Of a stretch of 64,000 bases of DNA, positions 26,356-35,868 are shown in pieces (positions within the stretch are counted from its first letter, which is position 1; each line of letters begins with the position of its first letter). The translations under genes were made by a program, and so were the position numbers. Source of the stretch: Candidatus Dadabacteria bacterium (lineage in GTDB: Bacteria; Desulfobacterota_D; UBA1144; Nemesobacterales; Mycalebacteriaceae). The DNA lies in NCBI GenBank assembly GCA_026708565.1, contig JAPOUR010000002.1, positions 49,131 to 113,130 of the forward strand, read 5' to 3'. Below the pieces are notes generated by a model. That model had not been told where the DNA came from. It searched no databases and was given only the letters and a program-made list of their open reading frames with translations.

Positions 26356-27311
26356 TTTGCCCCGGCGCGGAGACCGGATTCTCCGCCGCTGTGTTTTGAG
26401 CCAAGGGCGGTCGCCTGTTTCTCCGCATGATAGGAACTGCGCACAAGCGGCCCCGCCTCAACGTGCGGTATGCCCACTATTTTTTCCCCGTATTCTTTGA
26501 GCGACTCAAACTCAACCGGGTGATAGAAGCGCGACACGGGGATATGGTCATAAGTGGGCTGTAGATACTGCCCTATGGTAACAATGCCGCATCCGGCGGC
26601 GCGGAGGTCTCTGAGGGTGAGGGTTATTTCCTCAAACGTTTCCCCAAGCCCCACCATGATGCCGGATTTTGTGAGCGTCCCTCCGGCGGACGCGGTTTTC
26701 AGAAGCGCGAGTGAACGTTCGTAAACCGCCTGAGGGCGGACGGCGCGCAGTTTGCCGGTTTGTGTTTTCTGTTGCAGCGCGTAAAGGCGCGGAACGGTCT
26801 CTATGTTGTGGTTCAGCACGTCCGGCTTTTCGCACAGAACGGTTTCAAGCGCTTCTTCCGAGCCCTTGAAGTCGGGAATGAGGCACTCCACTTTGACGGA
26901 CGGCGCGGCTCTCTTTATCTCCCTCACTGTCAGCGCGAAGATTTTTGCGCTGTCAAGGTTTTTGTCGTCCCTGTTGACCGATGTTACAACGACGTGGGAA
27001 ATAAGGGAGTTGTGGCTTATAAGGTTGCTCACCGCTTCCGCGACCCGCAGGGGCTCGTCCCAGTCAAGCGGGCCTCCGGCGCCGGTTTTCACATGGCAGA
27101 AGCCGCAACTTCTTGTGCAGGTGTCGCCCATTATCATAAAAGTGAGCGTCCCCGCGCTCCAGCACTCCCCGATGTTCGGACAGCGCGCCTCTTCGCAAAC
27201 GGTGTGAAGCCCAAGGTTGCGGGTAAGCCCTTTGAGCCGGGTGTAGTTATCGCCGGAAGGGATTTTCGCCTTTATCCAGGAGGGCTTGCCGGATGGTGTT
27301 TGCGCTTTCAT
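26352..27311 (-). CDS. lipA: lipoyl synthase
   Basis: VCEEARCPNIGECW and CTRSCGFCHV are the two Fe-S cluster motifs. 4-nt overlaps with both neighbouring genes. Confidence 0.95.
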   Translation of the reverse strand: MKAQTPSGKPSWIKAKIPSGDNYTRLKGLTRNLGLHTVCEEARCPNIGECWSAGTLTFMIMGDTCTRSCGFCHVKTGAGGPLDWDEPLRVAEAVSNLISHNSLISHVVVTSVNRDDKNLDSAKIFALTVREIKRAAPSVKVECLIPDFKGSEEALETVLCEKPDVLNHNIETVPRLYALQQKTQTGKLRAVRPQAVYERSLALLKTASAGGTLTKSGIMVGLGETFEEITLTLRDLRAAGCGIVTIGQYLQPTYDHIPVSRFYHPVEFESLKEYGEKIVGIPHVEAGPLVRSSYHAEKQATALGSKHSGGESGLRAGAN

Positions 27312-28075
27312 AACGGTGTTCCGCTTTGTGGGGGGACGGGGATAACAGGGTTTCGCCCGCCCAAGTGCTCACTTACTGATTTGTAAAGATACTTATCGCT
27401 TATTTCATCAGGTGTTTTGCGGTTACTTGTGAAGAACCATCTGCGCGGGTCGATGCGGTGACTGCCTATGTTATGATTTGGAAACTCTTCTATTGTTGCG
27501 TCTACTGCTCTATGCCATTCATCTACAGAAAACACACCGCGCACAGTTCCGTTGAACACCCCGAAAGCGTATTGGGCTTTCTCTCTGTGTTCTTCTTTGA
27601 TAAGCCAAAAACCGCGAGTCATCTCATAAATTTGCTTTTGACACATGCCCGGTTTGAAGGTGTTTTTAATGTTAAAGAGAAGAACATAATGCTGTATGTC
27701 AACTAGCTCGTTCCTTTCCTGAATCACGATTTCCCCAAGCAGTTCCCTACCATGTTCGGTGTCATGCCCGCGCACGATGTTTGTAAGGTTCTCCAAGCCG
27801 ATGGCGTCTATAACACACCGCTCAACCAATTGGGCTTCATCTTCCGTAGCCAACCTGCGGGCGAGAATCTCAATGCGCGGTTCAAACCCTTTGGCTCTCA
27901 ATTCTTGTATCCATCTGACTTTCTTGGATTCCCTTCTGTCAGATAGATGCTCAATGGCGCGGTTACCGACACCTTTGCCTACATACATGACTTTCCCGTT
28001 GCGGGGGTCAACATACAGGTAAACGTAATGCCCCAGTTTCTCGGCGACTTCAGGGGGGATTTCCTGATTTTTCAT
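27308..28075 (-). CDS. GIY-YIG nuclease-superfamily protein with an uncharacterised C-terminal domain
   Basis: N-terminus HYVYLYVDPRNGKVMYVGKGVGNRAIEH...E carries GIY-YIG-type motifs. The C-terminal ~130 aa were not recognised. 33-43% GC on counted sample lines. The stop overlaps the lipA start (ATGA at 27308-27311). Confidence 0.65.
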   Translation of the reverse strand: MKNQEIPPEVAEKLGHYVYLYVDPRNGKVMYVGKGVGNRAIEHLSDRRESKKVRWIQELRAKGFEPRIEILARRLATEDEAQLVERCVIDAIGLENLTNIVRGHDTEHGRELLGEIVIQERNELVDIQHYVLLFNIKNTFKPGMCQKQIYEMTRGFWLIKEEHREKAQYAFGVFNGTVRGVFSVDEWHRAVDATIEEFPNHNIGSHRIDPRRWFFTSNRKTPDEISDKYLYKSVSEHLGGRNPVIPVPPQSGTPL

Positions 28076-28092
28076 AACGAAATCTCAAATAG

Positions 28093-28398
28093 TCAGCCTT
28101 CTTCCGTGTCGCTCTCTTCCACCTTCCCCGCTTCTTTCTCAAGTTTTCTTATCTTTCTGTTTTTGCCAATCAGTTCTATCCAGTTGAGAGACGAATGCCC
28201 CAGAGCGAAGACCATTCCCAGAAGGAAAGTTGTCGCGAGAATGATTCCGTTCGTGCTGAAAACCGGGGGAATGCTGTAGAACGGGACGGAATCAAACCCG
28301 ATGACCGCCGGGGTGTCCGCCCATTCCCTGTTGCTGAAGTAAAGGGCGGCCCCCGCGGCAACGAATATGAGAGTAAAGATTATTTTCAGGTATTTCAT
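28093..28398 (-). CDS. LapA-domain (DUF1049) inner-membrane protein
   Basis: 101 aa with two TM helices and a charged C-terminal tail (NRKIRKLEKEAGKVEESDTEEG), the usual LapA-like architecture. Confidence 0.55.
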   Translation of the reverse strand: MKYLKIIFTLIFVAAGAALYFSNREWADTPAVIGFDSVPFYSIPPVFSTNGIILATTFLLGMVFALGHSSLNWIELIGKNRKIRKLEKEAGKVEESDTEEG

Positions 28399-28451
28399 CC
28401 GGTTCTCCTTCCACCGACAGTTTTACATAACATACAAGGATTTGCCGTCAG

Positions 28452-29327
28452 TTAAAAGACCTTTCCCGCCGCAAGACGGGCGGACAGATAGTAAAGCCCG
28501 GACGGACGCAGTATGCGCTCCGCAACCGCCCCGACATCCGCCGCGCCACTCAGTTGCGATATGAAAGAGGAAAGCCCCAGCGGTTGCTCAGGGAAGTTCT
28601 CCACGGGCGAGTCTGCGGGGATGCCCGCCTTTTCCGCCGCCATTTCAATCGCGCTCTGCAACGTCCCCATCTCATCAACAAGCCCCGCCTCCTGCGCGGC
28701 AAGCCCTAAAATTATCTTTCCGTCCGACACCTTCTCCACCTGCCCGGCGCTCATGCCCCTGCTGTCCGCAACGGCTTTTTGAAACTGCCCCAGCGCGCCG
28801 TCCATTATGCCCTGAAGGTATTCGCGCTCCTCCTCCGAGAGGGGGCGCAGGGGGGAGCCGGAGTCTTTGAACTCGCCGGTTTTGATGACCTCAAAATCCA
28901 TCTTTGCCCACCGGAGCAGGTCGCCGTAGTTGGCGAAAGTCGCTATGACCCCTATGCTTCCCGTTACCGTTCCCGGATTTGCCACAATCACCGGAGCGCC
29001 GCACGCCACGTAGTAGCCGCCCGAAGTTGCAATGTTGCCCATGCTTGCCACGGTCGGCATCTTTTCGCCAAGCCGCCGGACAAGCGCGTGAATTTCCTGA
29101 GACGCGGCAACGCTGCCGCCCGGAGAGTCAATCCTCACCACAAGCGCCTTGATGGAGTCGTCCCTCTCTATCTCCCTTGCGGCCCGTGTGTAGGTTTCGG
29201 CGGAAAGAATCACGCCCTCAATTTTGAGAACCGCCACTTTGGGCGCTCTTGCGCCGACCACAAAGGCGATTGCGACAATCACAATCACGCCCGCCGCCGC
29301 AAGGCGCAAACTATTTTTGAGGGTCAT
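28452..29327 (-). CDS. sppA: signal peptide peptidase SppA (36K type)
   Basis: KALVVRIDSPGGSVAASQEI, ATSGGYYVA (catalytic Ser region) and an N-terminal TM helix. Confidence 0.85.
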   Translation of the reverse strand: MTLKNSLRLAAAGVIVIVAIAFVVGARAPKVAVLKIEGVILSAETYTRAAREIERDDSIKALVVRIDSPGGSVAASQEIHALVRRLGEKMPTVASMGNIATSGGYYVACGAPVIVANPGTVTGSIGVIATFANYGDLLRWAKMDFEVIKTGEFKDSGSPLRPLSEEEREYLQGIMDGALGQFQKAVADSRGMSAGQVEKVSDGKIILGLAAQEAGLVDEMGTLQSAIEMAAEKAGIPADSPVENFPEQPLGLSSFISQLSGAADVGAVAERILRPSGLYYLSARLAAGKVF

Positions 29328-30783
29328 CGTTTCCCGTCCCGCCGGACATCAGGTCGCCGAGTTTGGGGGAGTCCGTCTCTCCGTGCCGGGAGGTGAACTC
29401 CTTTAGCATTTCCCTTTCGTTCTTTCTGCTGAGCATAACGGCGCTCAAGGTGACCACGCGCGCATGGTCGTCCACATTCTTCACAACGCCGGTTATCTCA
29501 TCGCCCGCCTTTTTGTCGGCATCCCTGTCCGAATCACCCATGTCCGCAAACCGGATGAAACCCTCCATGTCATCCTCAAGGTCCAGAACGAAGCCGCCCC
29601 GCGTCTCTTTTTTAACCGTGCCCGTGAGAACCGTCTCGCCTTTTTTCAGTTTTTTAACCGCGGTTTTCCACGGGTCTTTCTGGAGCTGCTTGACGCCGAG
29701 GGAGACCTTTTTCTTTTCCGTGTCGCACCTGAGCACCACCACTTCAATCTCCTCGCCTTTTCTGTCGCCGTAAACCTCAACGGGGTCAACCTTTTCCTTC
29801 CAACTTATGTTGTCGGGGTGAAGCAACCCCACAACGCCCCTTGCGACCTCAATGAAAACGCCCACCTCGTTGACGTTTGAGATCTTCCCTTTGACCTTTG
29901 AATTCTGCGGGGTCGTGGCAGCAAATTCCTCCCACGGGGTCGGCTGCGTCTGTTTGTAACTGAGGCCGATTCTGTCGCCGTTGTTCTCTATCCTTATGAT
30001 CTGGACGGGAATTTCCTGTCCGGAGGAAAGCACGTCCGAGGGGGTTTTGATGTGCCTCCACGCCACTTCTCCGACCGGTATGAAACCCTCAACCACGCCG
30101 CTGCCGTCCGAAAGGTCCACAAAGGCGCCGGAGGGGATTATTTTTGACACCACGCCCCTGACCTCCGTTCCCACTTCCACCTGCGAGACAAACTCCGCGA
30201 CCCGCTCCGCCCTGCTTCTCTCAAGTATCTTTTTTCTTGAAAGAACGACCCTCTTGCCGTCCAGTTCAATTATCAGCGAATCAAAGGTCTCGCCGACAAG
30301 TTTGTCCGCGCTGTTGCGCCCCCCCCGTATTCCCGATTCCGAAGCGGGCATAAACGCGCCCGTTATGTTCCCCTCAACAACACACTCAAGGCCGCCCTTG
30401 ATTCTCTTGACCGCCTTTGTCCGCACCGGGGTTTCTTCATTGAAAAGGTCGCCCAGCCGCTTTATGTGCCTGAGGCCGTCCGCCTCGGCTTTTGATATTC
30501 TGGGAATGCCGCGCCTCACGCTTTTGACGAGAACGTCAACCTCCTGCCCCTCCGACACCTTGCAGTCGCCGCCTTCCTCATCCGTAAACTCCCGCAGGGG
30601 GACGATGCCTTCGGAGCGAAGCCCTATGCTGATGAAAACATTTTCCTTTTCAACGCGCACCACCGTGCCCCGGACAACCCTGCCCGTGAGGTTTTCGCGC
30701 TCAAAGCCGCTGCTTTCCTCAAGGAGGCGTGAAAAGTCCTGTGAGCTGTTACCTGTTGTTTTACCTGCGGGATCTGACATCAT
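29311..30783 (-). CDS. rpsA: 30S ribosomal protein S1
   Basis: Repeated S1 domains (GxVVxGxVxxxxxxGxFVDL type). Conserved aroA-cmk-rpsA order. Start set at the ATG pair at 30783/30780. Confidence 0.85.
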   Translation of the reverse strand: MMSDPAGKTTGNSSQDFSRLLEESSGFERENLTGRVVRGTVVRVEKENVFISIGLRSEGIVPLREFTDEEGGDCKVSEGQEVDVLVKSVRRGIPRISKAEADGLRHIKRLGDLFNEETPVRTKAVKRIKGGLECVVEGNITGAFMPASESGIRGGRNSADKLVGETFDSLIIELDGKRVVLSRKKILERSRAERVAEFVSQVEVGTEVRGVVSKIIPSGAFVDLSDGSGVVEGFIPVGEVAWRHIKTPSDVLSSGQEIPVQIIRIENNGDRIGLSYKQTQPTPWEEFAATTPQNSKVKGKISNVNEVGVFIEVARGVVGLLHPDNISWKEKVDPVEVYGDRKGEEIEVVVLRCDTEKKKVSLGVKQLQKDPWKTAVKKLKKGETVLTGTVKKETRGGFVLDLEDDMEGFIRFADMGDSDRDADKKAGDEITGVVKNVDDHARVVTLSAVMLSRKNEREMLKEFTSRHGETDSPKLGDLMSGGTGNDDPQK

Positions 30784-30847
30784 ACGGACCGACTCAGCCC
30801 GCAATGCAGCCGCCTGTCCGTCCGCCGTGCCTTTGTGAAAAAAGCGT

Positions 30848-31501
30848 TCAACCTTTTACCAAGCTGAGAATTTCCTCAACAACCTCATCCACACTCATGT
30901 GTGTGGTGTCTATTATCACAGCATCGGGGGCGGGTTTCAAGGGCGAGTGACTCCGTTTGCTGTCGCGCGCGTCTCTTGAGGCCATTTCGGCAAGCGTCTC
31001 CCCGACGCTCCGCCGTATGCCCGCCGCCGCCAGTTCGGCGGTTCGCCTTCTCGCTCTTTCCCGCTCATCGGCGGTGAGAAAAAACTTGTGACCGGCATCG
31101 GCAAACACCCTCGTTCCCATGTCTCTGCCCTCCGCAACTATGCTTGAATTCCCCCCGAAGGCGCGCTGAATCCGCCCCAGCGCCTCTCTCACCGCCGGTA
31201 TGCGCGACAGTCTGGAAGCGCTTTCCGAGATTTCAGGCGTTCTGATAAGCGCGCTCACATCCCGCCCGTTGAGAAGCGCCGCGCAGTTTCCGTCTCCGGT
31301 GTCCTCAAACGAAATTTCCGCCTCGCCGACAAGCGCCGCCGCCTCGCTCTCGTCCGCGCCCCGCTCCGTGGCGAAAAGGGCGAAAGCCCTGTACATCGCG
31401 CCCGTGTCCATATATTTCATTCCAAGCCGCCTTGCCACTATGCGCGCCACCGTTCCCTTGCCGGACGCTCCGGGGCCGTCAATGGTGATAACCTTTCTCA
31501 T
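30848..31501 (-). CDS. cmk: cytidylate kinase
   Basis: MRKVITIDGPGASGKGTVARIVARRLGMKYMDTGAMYRA is the canonical Cmk N-terminus. Confidence 0.95.
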   Translation of the reverse strand: MRKVITIDGPGASGKGTVARIVARRLGMKYMDTGAMYRAFALFATERGADESEAAALVGEAEISFEDTGDGNCAALLNGRDVSALIRTPEISESASRLSRIPAVREALGRIQRAFGGNSSIVAEGRDMGTRVFADAGHKFFLTADERERARRRTAELAAAGIRRSVGETLAEMASRDARDSKRSHSPLKPAPDAVIIDTTHMSVDEVVEEILSLVKG

Positions 31502-32793
31502 TTGCCGCCTCTGAGGTTTTCAAGGGTCTGAAAAAATTCCGGGAAAGATATTGCCACGCAGTCCGCATCTTCAATGCGGCTTTCCCCCTCCGCTCCGGTT
31601 GCGGCAACGGCCAGAGCCATTGCGACCCTGTGGTCGCCCGCGCTGGAGACTGTTCCCGCGCGGAGTTCCCCGCCCTCTATTTGCATTCCGTCCGGAGTTT
31701 CCTCAACCTTCGCGCCGAGATTGCGCAGCCCTTCGGCCATCGCGCTTATCCGGTCGCTTTCCTTCACCCTGAGTTCGCCCGCGCCGGAAATGGTTGTCTT
31801 TCCACGCGCAAAGCACGCCACGGCGGCGATTGCGGGGAGTTCGTCTATGGCGGCGGGCACTTCGCTCCCGCCTATCTCCGCGCCCCTGAGTTCGCCCGTC
31901 CACGCCGCCTCAATGTCCGCCACCGGCTCGCCGCCCGCGCTCCGCATGTTGCCGAGGCGGACATCCGCGCCCATCTTGCCGAGAATGTCAATCGCGCCCG
32001 TCCTCGCGGGGTTGACCCCGACATTTTCCACCCTCACTTTTGAGCCGGGATTTATCAGCGCGGCTACCAGCGGAAATATGGCGGACGATATGTCTCCCGG
32101 AATCTCCACTTCCGTTCCCCGGAGGCGTTCCGCTCCCTTTCCCCCGACAGTTATTTTCGCCCCGGCGGTTGTTACCCGCGCCCCGAAGTGTTTGAGCATT
32201 ATTTCGGTGTGGTCTCTGGTTTTCGCTGGCTCAACAATGGTTGTGTCTCCGTCCGCAAACAGGGCGGCGAGAGCAATGGCGGATTTTACCTGCGCGCTTG
32301 CCACGGGCGTCCGGTAGTGAATGGCGGAGAGTTTGCCGCCTTTTATGCGTAGGGGCAGCCGCCCGCCTTCGGACGATATGCTTGCCCCCATCAGCGACAG
32401 GGGCGTGATTACCCGCTCCATCGGTCTTTTTTTCAGGTAGCGGTCTCCCGTTATGGTTGATTCAAACGGTTGCGCGCTCAAAACTCCGGCGAGAAGCCGC
32501 GCGGTTGTGCCGGAGTTTCCCGCGTCAATCGCGCCCGAAGGCCGGATGAGTTTTTCGCACCGCACGGATGTCTTTCCCGCCGATGTCTCTATGGTCGCTC
32601 CGAGAGCGCGCAATGCGGCGGCGGTTGAGGCTACGTCCGCGCCGTCCGCAAGGCCCGTTATCTCCGTCCGTCCCCGCGCAAGAGAGCCGATCATCAGCGC
32701 CCTGTGCGATATGGACTTGTCTCCCGGAACTGTAACAGTCCCTCTGACGGGTCCGCCTTTTCCGGCGATTGTTATGGTTGTTTTTCCGGACAC
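31498..32793 (-). CDS. aroA: 3-phosphoshikimate 1-carboxyvinyltransferase (EPSP synthase)
   Basis: GDKSISHRALMIGSLA, NSGTTARLLAGVL, GDHRVAMALAVA. 431 aa. Confidence 0.95.
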   Translation of the reverse strand: MSGKTTITIAGKGGPVRGTVTVPGDKSISHRALMIGSLARGRTEITGLADGADVASTAAALRALGATIETSAGKTSVRCEKLIRPSGAIDAGNSGTTARLLAGVLSAQPFESTITGDRYLKKRPMERVITPLSLMGASISSEGGRLPLRIKGGKLSAIHYRTPVASAQVKSAIALAALFADGDTTIVEPAKTRDHTEIMLKHFGARVTTAGAKITVGGKGAERLRGTEVEIPGDISSAIFPLVAALINPGSKVRVENVGVNPARTGAIDILGKMGADVRLGNMRSAGGEPVADIEAAWTGELRGAEIGGSEVPAAIDELPAIAAVACFARGKTTISGAGELRVKESDRISAMAEGLRNLGAKVEETPDGMQIEGGELRAGTVSSAGDHRVAMALAVAATGAEGESRIEDADCVAISFPEFFQTLENLRGGK

Positions 32794-32816
32794 TTTTCTC
32801 CGCGCCCGCCGAAGGT

Positions 32817-33239
32817 TCAGGGGGTGATTATTCTTCCCCCGCCTTTGTTGCCCCCGTCGTCTGTGCCGCCGCTTTCTCCGCCGGGCGCCCCCTGTTTTCT
32901 GGCGCGGGCTTCAATCAGCGAGAGAAGCCGTTCCTTGAAGTTGTCCTCGTAGTCGCATATTGACGGGACTATGTATCCGAGCAGGGCGATTTGCAGCAGG
33001 TATTCGGTGTTTGCGATGATGTATTCCTGCTGAAACCTTTCTCCGTGCGCCTTGTTGAGGCTGGTGAAAATATGCTCTCCCATCTCGGCGAGCGCCTGCG
33101 CTATGCTCATTGAGCCTTTTGCCTGCTGGTTGAAGGAAACGCCCAGATTGAAGGCCATGCCTATTGATGCGGCAAGGTCTGTTTCGGGGGCTTCGCCGTT
33201 TTTCTCGGTCTGGCCGGAGGGCTTTTCAGAATCGGGCAT
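32817..33239 (-). CDS. hypothetical protein (helical core, low-complexity Gly/charged termini)
   Basis: 140-aa ORF 24 nt upstream of aroA on the same strand. No family recognised. Confidence 0.4.
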   Translation of the reverse strand: MPDSEKPSGQTEKNGEAPETDLAASIGMAFNLGVSFNQQAKGSMSIAQALAEMGEHIFTSLNKAHGERFQQEYIIANTEYLLQIALLGYIVPSICDYEDNFKERLLSLIEARARKQGAPGGESGGTDDGGNKGGGRIITP

Positions 33240-33281
33240 TTGCTGTTACTCTAACACGGGGCGGGCGGCCTGTAAATCATC

Positions 33282-33776
33282 GTGATAAAAGCGTCTCACA
33301 TAATAAAGAAACTGGGTCTCAAGCCGCTTGAGCCCGAAGGCGGGCTTTACCGGGAGACTTACTTAAGTTCCGAAACCTTTCCGTCTCTTCCCGCCCGCTA
33401 CCGGGGGGAGAGGCGTTTTTCATCGGCAATTTACTATCTGCTTGAAAAAGGGCGGGTTTCCGCCATGCACCGGCTGCAATCCGATGAGGTTTACCATTTC
33501 TATCTCGGCGACCCGGTTCAGTTGCTCACCCTGAGCCCCGCAGGGGCGGGGCTGATGTTTCTCGGCACGGACATAATGTCCGGCCAGCATCCGCAGGCGG
33601 TTGTTCCGGCGGGCGCGTGGCAGGGTTTGAAACTTGTTGACGGCGGCGAGTTTGCGCTGATGGGAACCACTGTTTCCCCCGCCTACAAGCAGGAGGATTT
33701 TGAACTCGGCAATACGGAAAAACTGGCGGAGCGGTTTCCGGCGCATGCGGGGCTGATAAGAGAGTTGTCGGTTTGA
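33282..33776 (+). CDS. cupin-fold DUF985 protein
   Basis: LGLKPLEPEGGLYRETY...SAIYYLL...SAMHRLQSDEVYHFYLGDPV...GTTVSPAY is the DUF985 cupin pattern. GTG start. Confidence 0.75.
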   Translation: MIKASHIIKKLGLKPLEPEGGLYRETYLSSETFPSLPARYRGERRFSSAIYYLLEKGRVSAMHRLQSDEVYHFYLGDPVQLLTLSPAGAGLMFLGTDIMSGQHPQAVVPAGAWQGLKLVDGGEFALMGTTVSPAYKQEDFELGNTEKLAERFPAHAGLIRELSV

Positions 33777-33777
33777 A

Positions 33778-33800
33778 GGGGGTTTGCGCCCCCGTTTTTT
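33778..33800 (+). terminator. weak rho-independent terminator
   Basis: ggggg-tttgcg-ccccc followed by gtttttt, directly after the cupin stop codon. Confidence 0.45.
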
Positions 33801-33869
33801 GACACGGCGGCGGTTTGAAGTTAGAAACTTTACCCGCCGCGCATACGGCGGAGAGGTTGAGGTTTTTAT

Positions 33870-35225
33870 ATGGCAGATGTTTCGGGCATCCCCACGAGCG
33901 AAGACTCGGAAAGGGCGGTTCTCGGCGCCATAATGCTTGAAAACTCGTGCATAAACGAAGTTCTTGAGATAGTGGCGCCGGATGACTTTTACTCAAAATC
34001 CAACAAGAAAATTTTTGAGGTAATGGTTGAACTGGACAAGGAGGGCAAGCCGATGGACGTGCTCACCGTTTCCGAACACATAAGCGGACTGGGCGGCTCG
34101 TCTCTCAGCGAAGTGGGCGGCAACCACTACATAACCTTTCTGGCGGACGTTGTTACCTCGGCCTCAAATGTTTCCTACTACGCGCAGAGGGTGAAAGACA
34201 CCTCCATTCTCAGGCAGATAATCCGCACGGGCGGCGACATAGCGCGGAGCGGGGCAAACGGCGCAAGCCCCGAAGAACTGCTGGACCAGGCGGAAAGCAA
34301 AATTATGGAAATAGCCCGCAAGAGGGTGAGGCCGGCGTTCTCGCAACCGGTGGACCTTGCCGTGCGCACCATGGAACACCTTGAGGAGGCGCGCAAAAAG
34401 AAACTGGCCATTACGGGGATTTCCACGGGATTCAGAAAGATAGACGAACTTACATCCGGGCTTCAGCCGTCCGACCTTGTGGTTGTGGCGGCGCGCCCCA
34501 GCCTCGGCAAAACCTCTTTGTGTCTGAACATGGCGGAACACGTGGGTGTGGAGTTGAGTAAAACGGTGGCGCTGTTCTCCCTTGAGATGACCGAAATACA
34601 ACTTGCCCAGAGGCTGTATTCCTCCATGGCCGATGTAAGTTTTTCAAGCCTCAGAAGCGGGCATGTGAACGAAAAGGATATGGACAAGATAAGCGTTGCC
34701 GCCGAACAGTTCGGGCGGTCGCGCATACTGATAGACGACACCGCCGCCCAGACCGCCTTTGAAATTCGCGCCAAATGCAGGCGGCTCAAAAAAGACAAGG
34801 GGCTTGACCTTATAATCATTGACTACCTCCAACTTATGAGGGGCGACACAAGAATAGAAAGCAGGGAGAGGGAAATAGCCCAGATATCCTCGTCTCTCAA
34901 GGCGCTTGCCAAAGAGTTGGATGTGCCGGTCATTGCGGTTTCGCAGCTTAGCAGACAGACAGAGATACGTTCAGACCGGAGGCCGCAACTCTCGGACTTG
35001 CGGGAGAGCGGCGCGATAGAGCAGGACGCCGATGTGGTGATGTTCATACACCGTCCCGATTTTTACGCCAAGGATGATGACAGCAAAGACGGCACGGCGG
35101 AGGTGATCATCGGCAAGCAGAGGAACGGGCCTCTCGGCGTGTGCAAACTCGCGTTTCTTGAACAGAGAGGAATTCCGGGTTTTGCCAACCTCGCCGATGA
35201 ATACGACGGCTACGGCGGCCAGTAA
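33870..35225 (+). CDS. dnaB: replicative DNA helicase
   Basis: SEDSERAVLGAIMLEN..., Walker A ARPSLGKTS, IIIDYLQLM and SQLSRQTE are DnaB motifs. Confidence 0.95.
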   Translation: MADVSGIPTSEDSERAVLGAIMLENSCINEVLEIVAPDDFYSKSNKKIFEVMVELDKEGKPMDVLTVSEHISGLGGSSLSEVGGNHYITFLADVVTSASNVSYYAQRVKDTSILRQIIRTGGDIARSGANGASPEELLDQAESKIMEIARKRVRPAFSQPVDLAVRTMEHLEEARKKKLAITGISTGFRKIDELTSGLQPSDLVVVAARPSLGKTSLCLNMAEHVGVELSKTVALFSLEMTEIQLAQRLYSSMADVSFSSLRSGHVNEKDMDKISVAAEQFGRSRILIDDTAAQTAFEIRAKCRRLKKDKGLDLIIIDYLQLMRGDTRIESREREIAQISSSLKALAKELDVPVIAVSQLSRQTEIRSDRRPQLSDLRESGAIEQDADVVMFIHRPDFYAKDDDSKDGTAEVIIGKQRNGPLGVCKLAFLEQRGIPGFANLADEYDGYGGQ

Positions 35226-35229
35226 AACT

Positions 35230-35868
35230 TCACACAAGCAGCGGCTTGACCGGCCTCTCCTCGGCGGTCTCCCTTTGGTGCGCCCCGCCGTCCCGCTGCC
35301 ACAGGGCAAACCGGTCAAAAATCTTTTTTAACTGCGTCTGCGTGGAATGCCATCCGAAGCCCCAGTCATGGTTTCTTTTTGAGTTCTCAAAGAAGGTTTT
35401 GAGGAAGAATTCCCTTTCCCGGCGGAGGCCCTTTTCCGCAATCCAGCCCGTCCGCGCGACCGAGTAGCCGCACGCAAACCCCATCGCCAGAGTGCCGGAC
35501 AGGCCCAGAGAGTTTGCCGCCTTGGTTGCGAGTTCAATGTGGCAGTAAAGCGCGGGCTGGGTGTGGTATCCGCGCGCGGGCATGAGGGCGTCCATCTCAA
35601 GCAGATTTTTAACCAGATACATCGGATAGTAGGTCGGGCTGTTGATGTCAACCGATTTTGTGGCGCACGCAAGCGGGTTTTTGATTATCACATCCTCGCT
35701 TAAAACGCCTATCATAAAAAGAGACGGGTCAAACTCTCCCGTTTTGCCGCACATCTCAAGGCTCAGGGAGATTCTGCCCCACTCCCTTGCCGCAACTTCC
35801 ATTGCGGCTTCCACCGCGCCGCCCGCGCCGTCAACAATCTCGTCAAGGGTTTTTACTTTTGCGCTCAC
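35230..35868 (-). CDS. hypothetical protein, translationally coupled to the glycerate kinase gene
   Basis: 212-aa ORF that fills the otherwise ~640-nt gap between the dnaB stop and the glycerate kinase stop. GTG start overlaps the upstream stop (GTGA at 35865-35868). No family recognised. Confidence 0.45.
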   Translation of the reverse strand: MSAKVKTLDEIVDGAGGAVEAAMEVAAREWGRISLSLEMCGKTGEFDPSLFMIGVLSEDVIIKNPLACATKSVDINSPTYYPMYLVKNLLEMDALMPARGYHTQPALYCHIELATKAANSLGLSGTLAMGFACGYSVARTGWIAEKGLRREREFFLKTFFENSKRNHDWGFGWHSTQTQLKKIFDRFALWQRDGGAHQRETAEERPVKPLLV

